Shown here: positions 14,286 to 14,762 of the stretch, piece by piece
How positions within the stretch are numbered: position 1 is the first letter of the stretch
Layout: each line of letters begins with the position of its first letter
IMG/VR virus record: IMGVR_UViG_2684622581_000004
Location: 1 to 14,762 of that record
Direction: 5' to 3' (one strand)
From: a virus
Lineage: Duplodnaviria; Heunggongvirae; Uroviricota; Caudoviricetes
DNA: 14,762 nt
Notes under the pieces: generated by a model
The model's input: the letters and a program-made list of their open reading frames with translations, nothing else
Databases searched by the model: none
Told to the model about the DNA's origin: nothing
Program-made: the position numbers and the translations under genes

Positions 14286-14762
14286 ATGCAGGAACTAAAT
14301 CCTCAGCGTAAAGCTTTCCTTGATATGGTGGCCTGGTCAGAAGGAACGGATAACGGGCGACAACCGACACGTAACCACGGTTATGACGTTATTGTCGGTG
14401 GAGAACTCTTCACTGATTACTCCGATCATCCTCGCAAACTTGTCACGCTAAACCCCAAACTCAAATCAACAGCCGCCGGACGTTACCAGCTTCTTTCACG
14501 TTGGTGGGATGCTTACCGTAAACAGCTTGGTTTGAAAGACTTCTCCCCCAAAAGCCAGGACGCTGTGGCATTGCAGCAGATTAAAGAACGTGGCGCTTTA
14601 CCGATGATTGATCGTGGTGATATTCGTCAGGCTATCGACCGTTGCAGCAATATCTGGGCTTCGTTGCCGGGCGCTGGTTACGGTCAGTATGAACATAAAA
14701 TTGGTGACCTGATTGCCAGGTTTAAAGAGGTTGGCGGGGTGGTAAATGAAGTTGAGCTATAA
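14286..14762 (+). CDS. R: Endolysin R (lambda-type lytic transglycosylase, 158 aa)
   Basis: Near-identical to my recollection of lambda R (QRKAFLDM.AWSEGTDNGRQ.TRNHGYDVIVGGELFTDYSDHPRKLVTLNPKLKST.AGRYQLLSRWWDAYRKQLGLKDFSP...); stop TAA at window end. Confidence 0.9.
   Translation: MQELNPQRKAFLDMVAWSEGTDNGRQPTRNHGYDVIVGGELFTDYSDHPRKLVTLNPKLKSTAAGRYQLLSRWWDAYRKQLGLKDFSPKSQDAVALQQIKERGALPMIDRGDIRQAIDRCSNIWASLPGAGYGQYEHKIGDLIARFKEVGGVVNEVEL

Larger units (their letters stand above)
1688..14762. mobile_element. Lambdoid prophage (CPS-53/KplE1-like), attR end through lysis genes; continues beyond window end
   Basis: Contiguous phage modules: RDF, early-left genes, cI/cro immunity region, replication, NinR-like region (RusA), Q, holin, endolysin; tRNA-derived att core at left boundary. 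Confidence 0.85.

Overview
The window opens with cscB (sucrose:H+ symporter, LacY family), then crosses a prophage right attachment site into a lambdoid prophage that runs to the window end. The attR core is a 15-nt copy of the argW tRNA 3' end on the minus strand (1688-1702). The prophage looks like an intact relative of the defective E. coli K-12 CPS-53/KplE1 element; that comparison and the argW sequence are from memory, not a search. Gene order: torI (Xis-like RDF), yfdT/yfdS(DUF551)/yfdR(HD nucleotidase)/yfdQ(DUF2303)/yfdP-like early-left genes, a GC-rich hairpin-dense noncoding island, an AT-rich orphan gene on the opposite strand, a small first gene of the leftward operon, a PL leader carrying an rrn-type boxA, cI (S24 autocleaving repressor) with GTAC-core palindromic operators, cro, a CII-like gene, a replication initiator with iterons inside its own coding sequence, PerC-like, Dam-like MTase, LexA-DBD-like, RusA, KilA-N, DUF968, antiterminator Q, PR'/tR', a zinc-ribbon moron, holin S and lambda-type endolysin R. 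No CRISPR array, rRNA or intact tRNA gene was seen. The best candidate for something undescribed is the structured GC-rich island plus the convergent orphan gene pair at about 4684-5850, at the position lambda uses for rex/sieB; neither the island nor the 144-aa protein matches a family I recognise.
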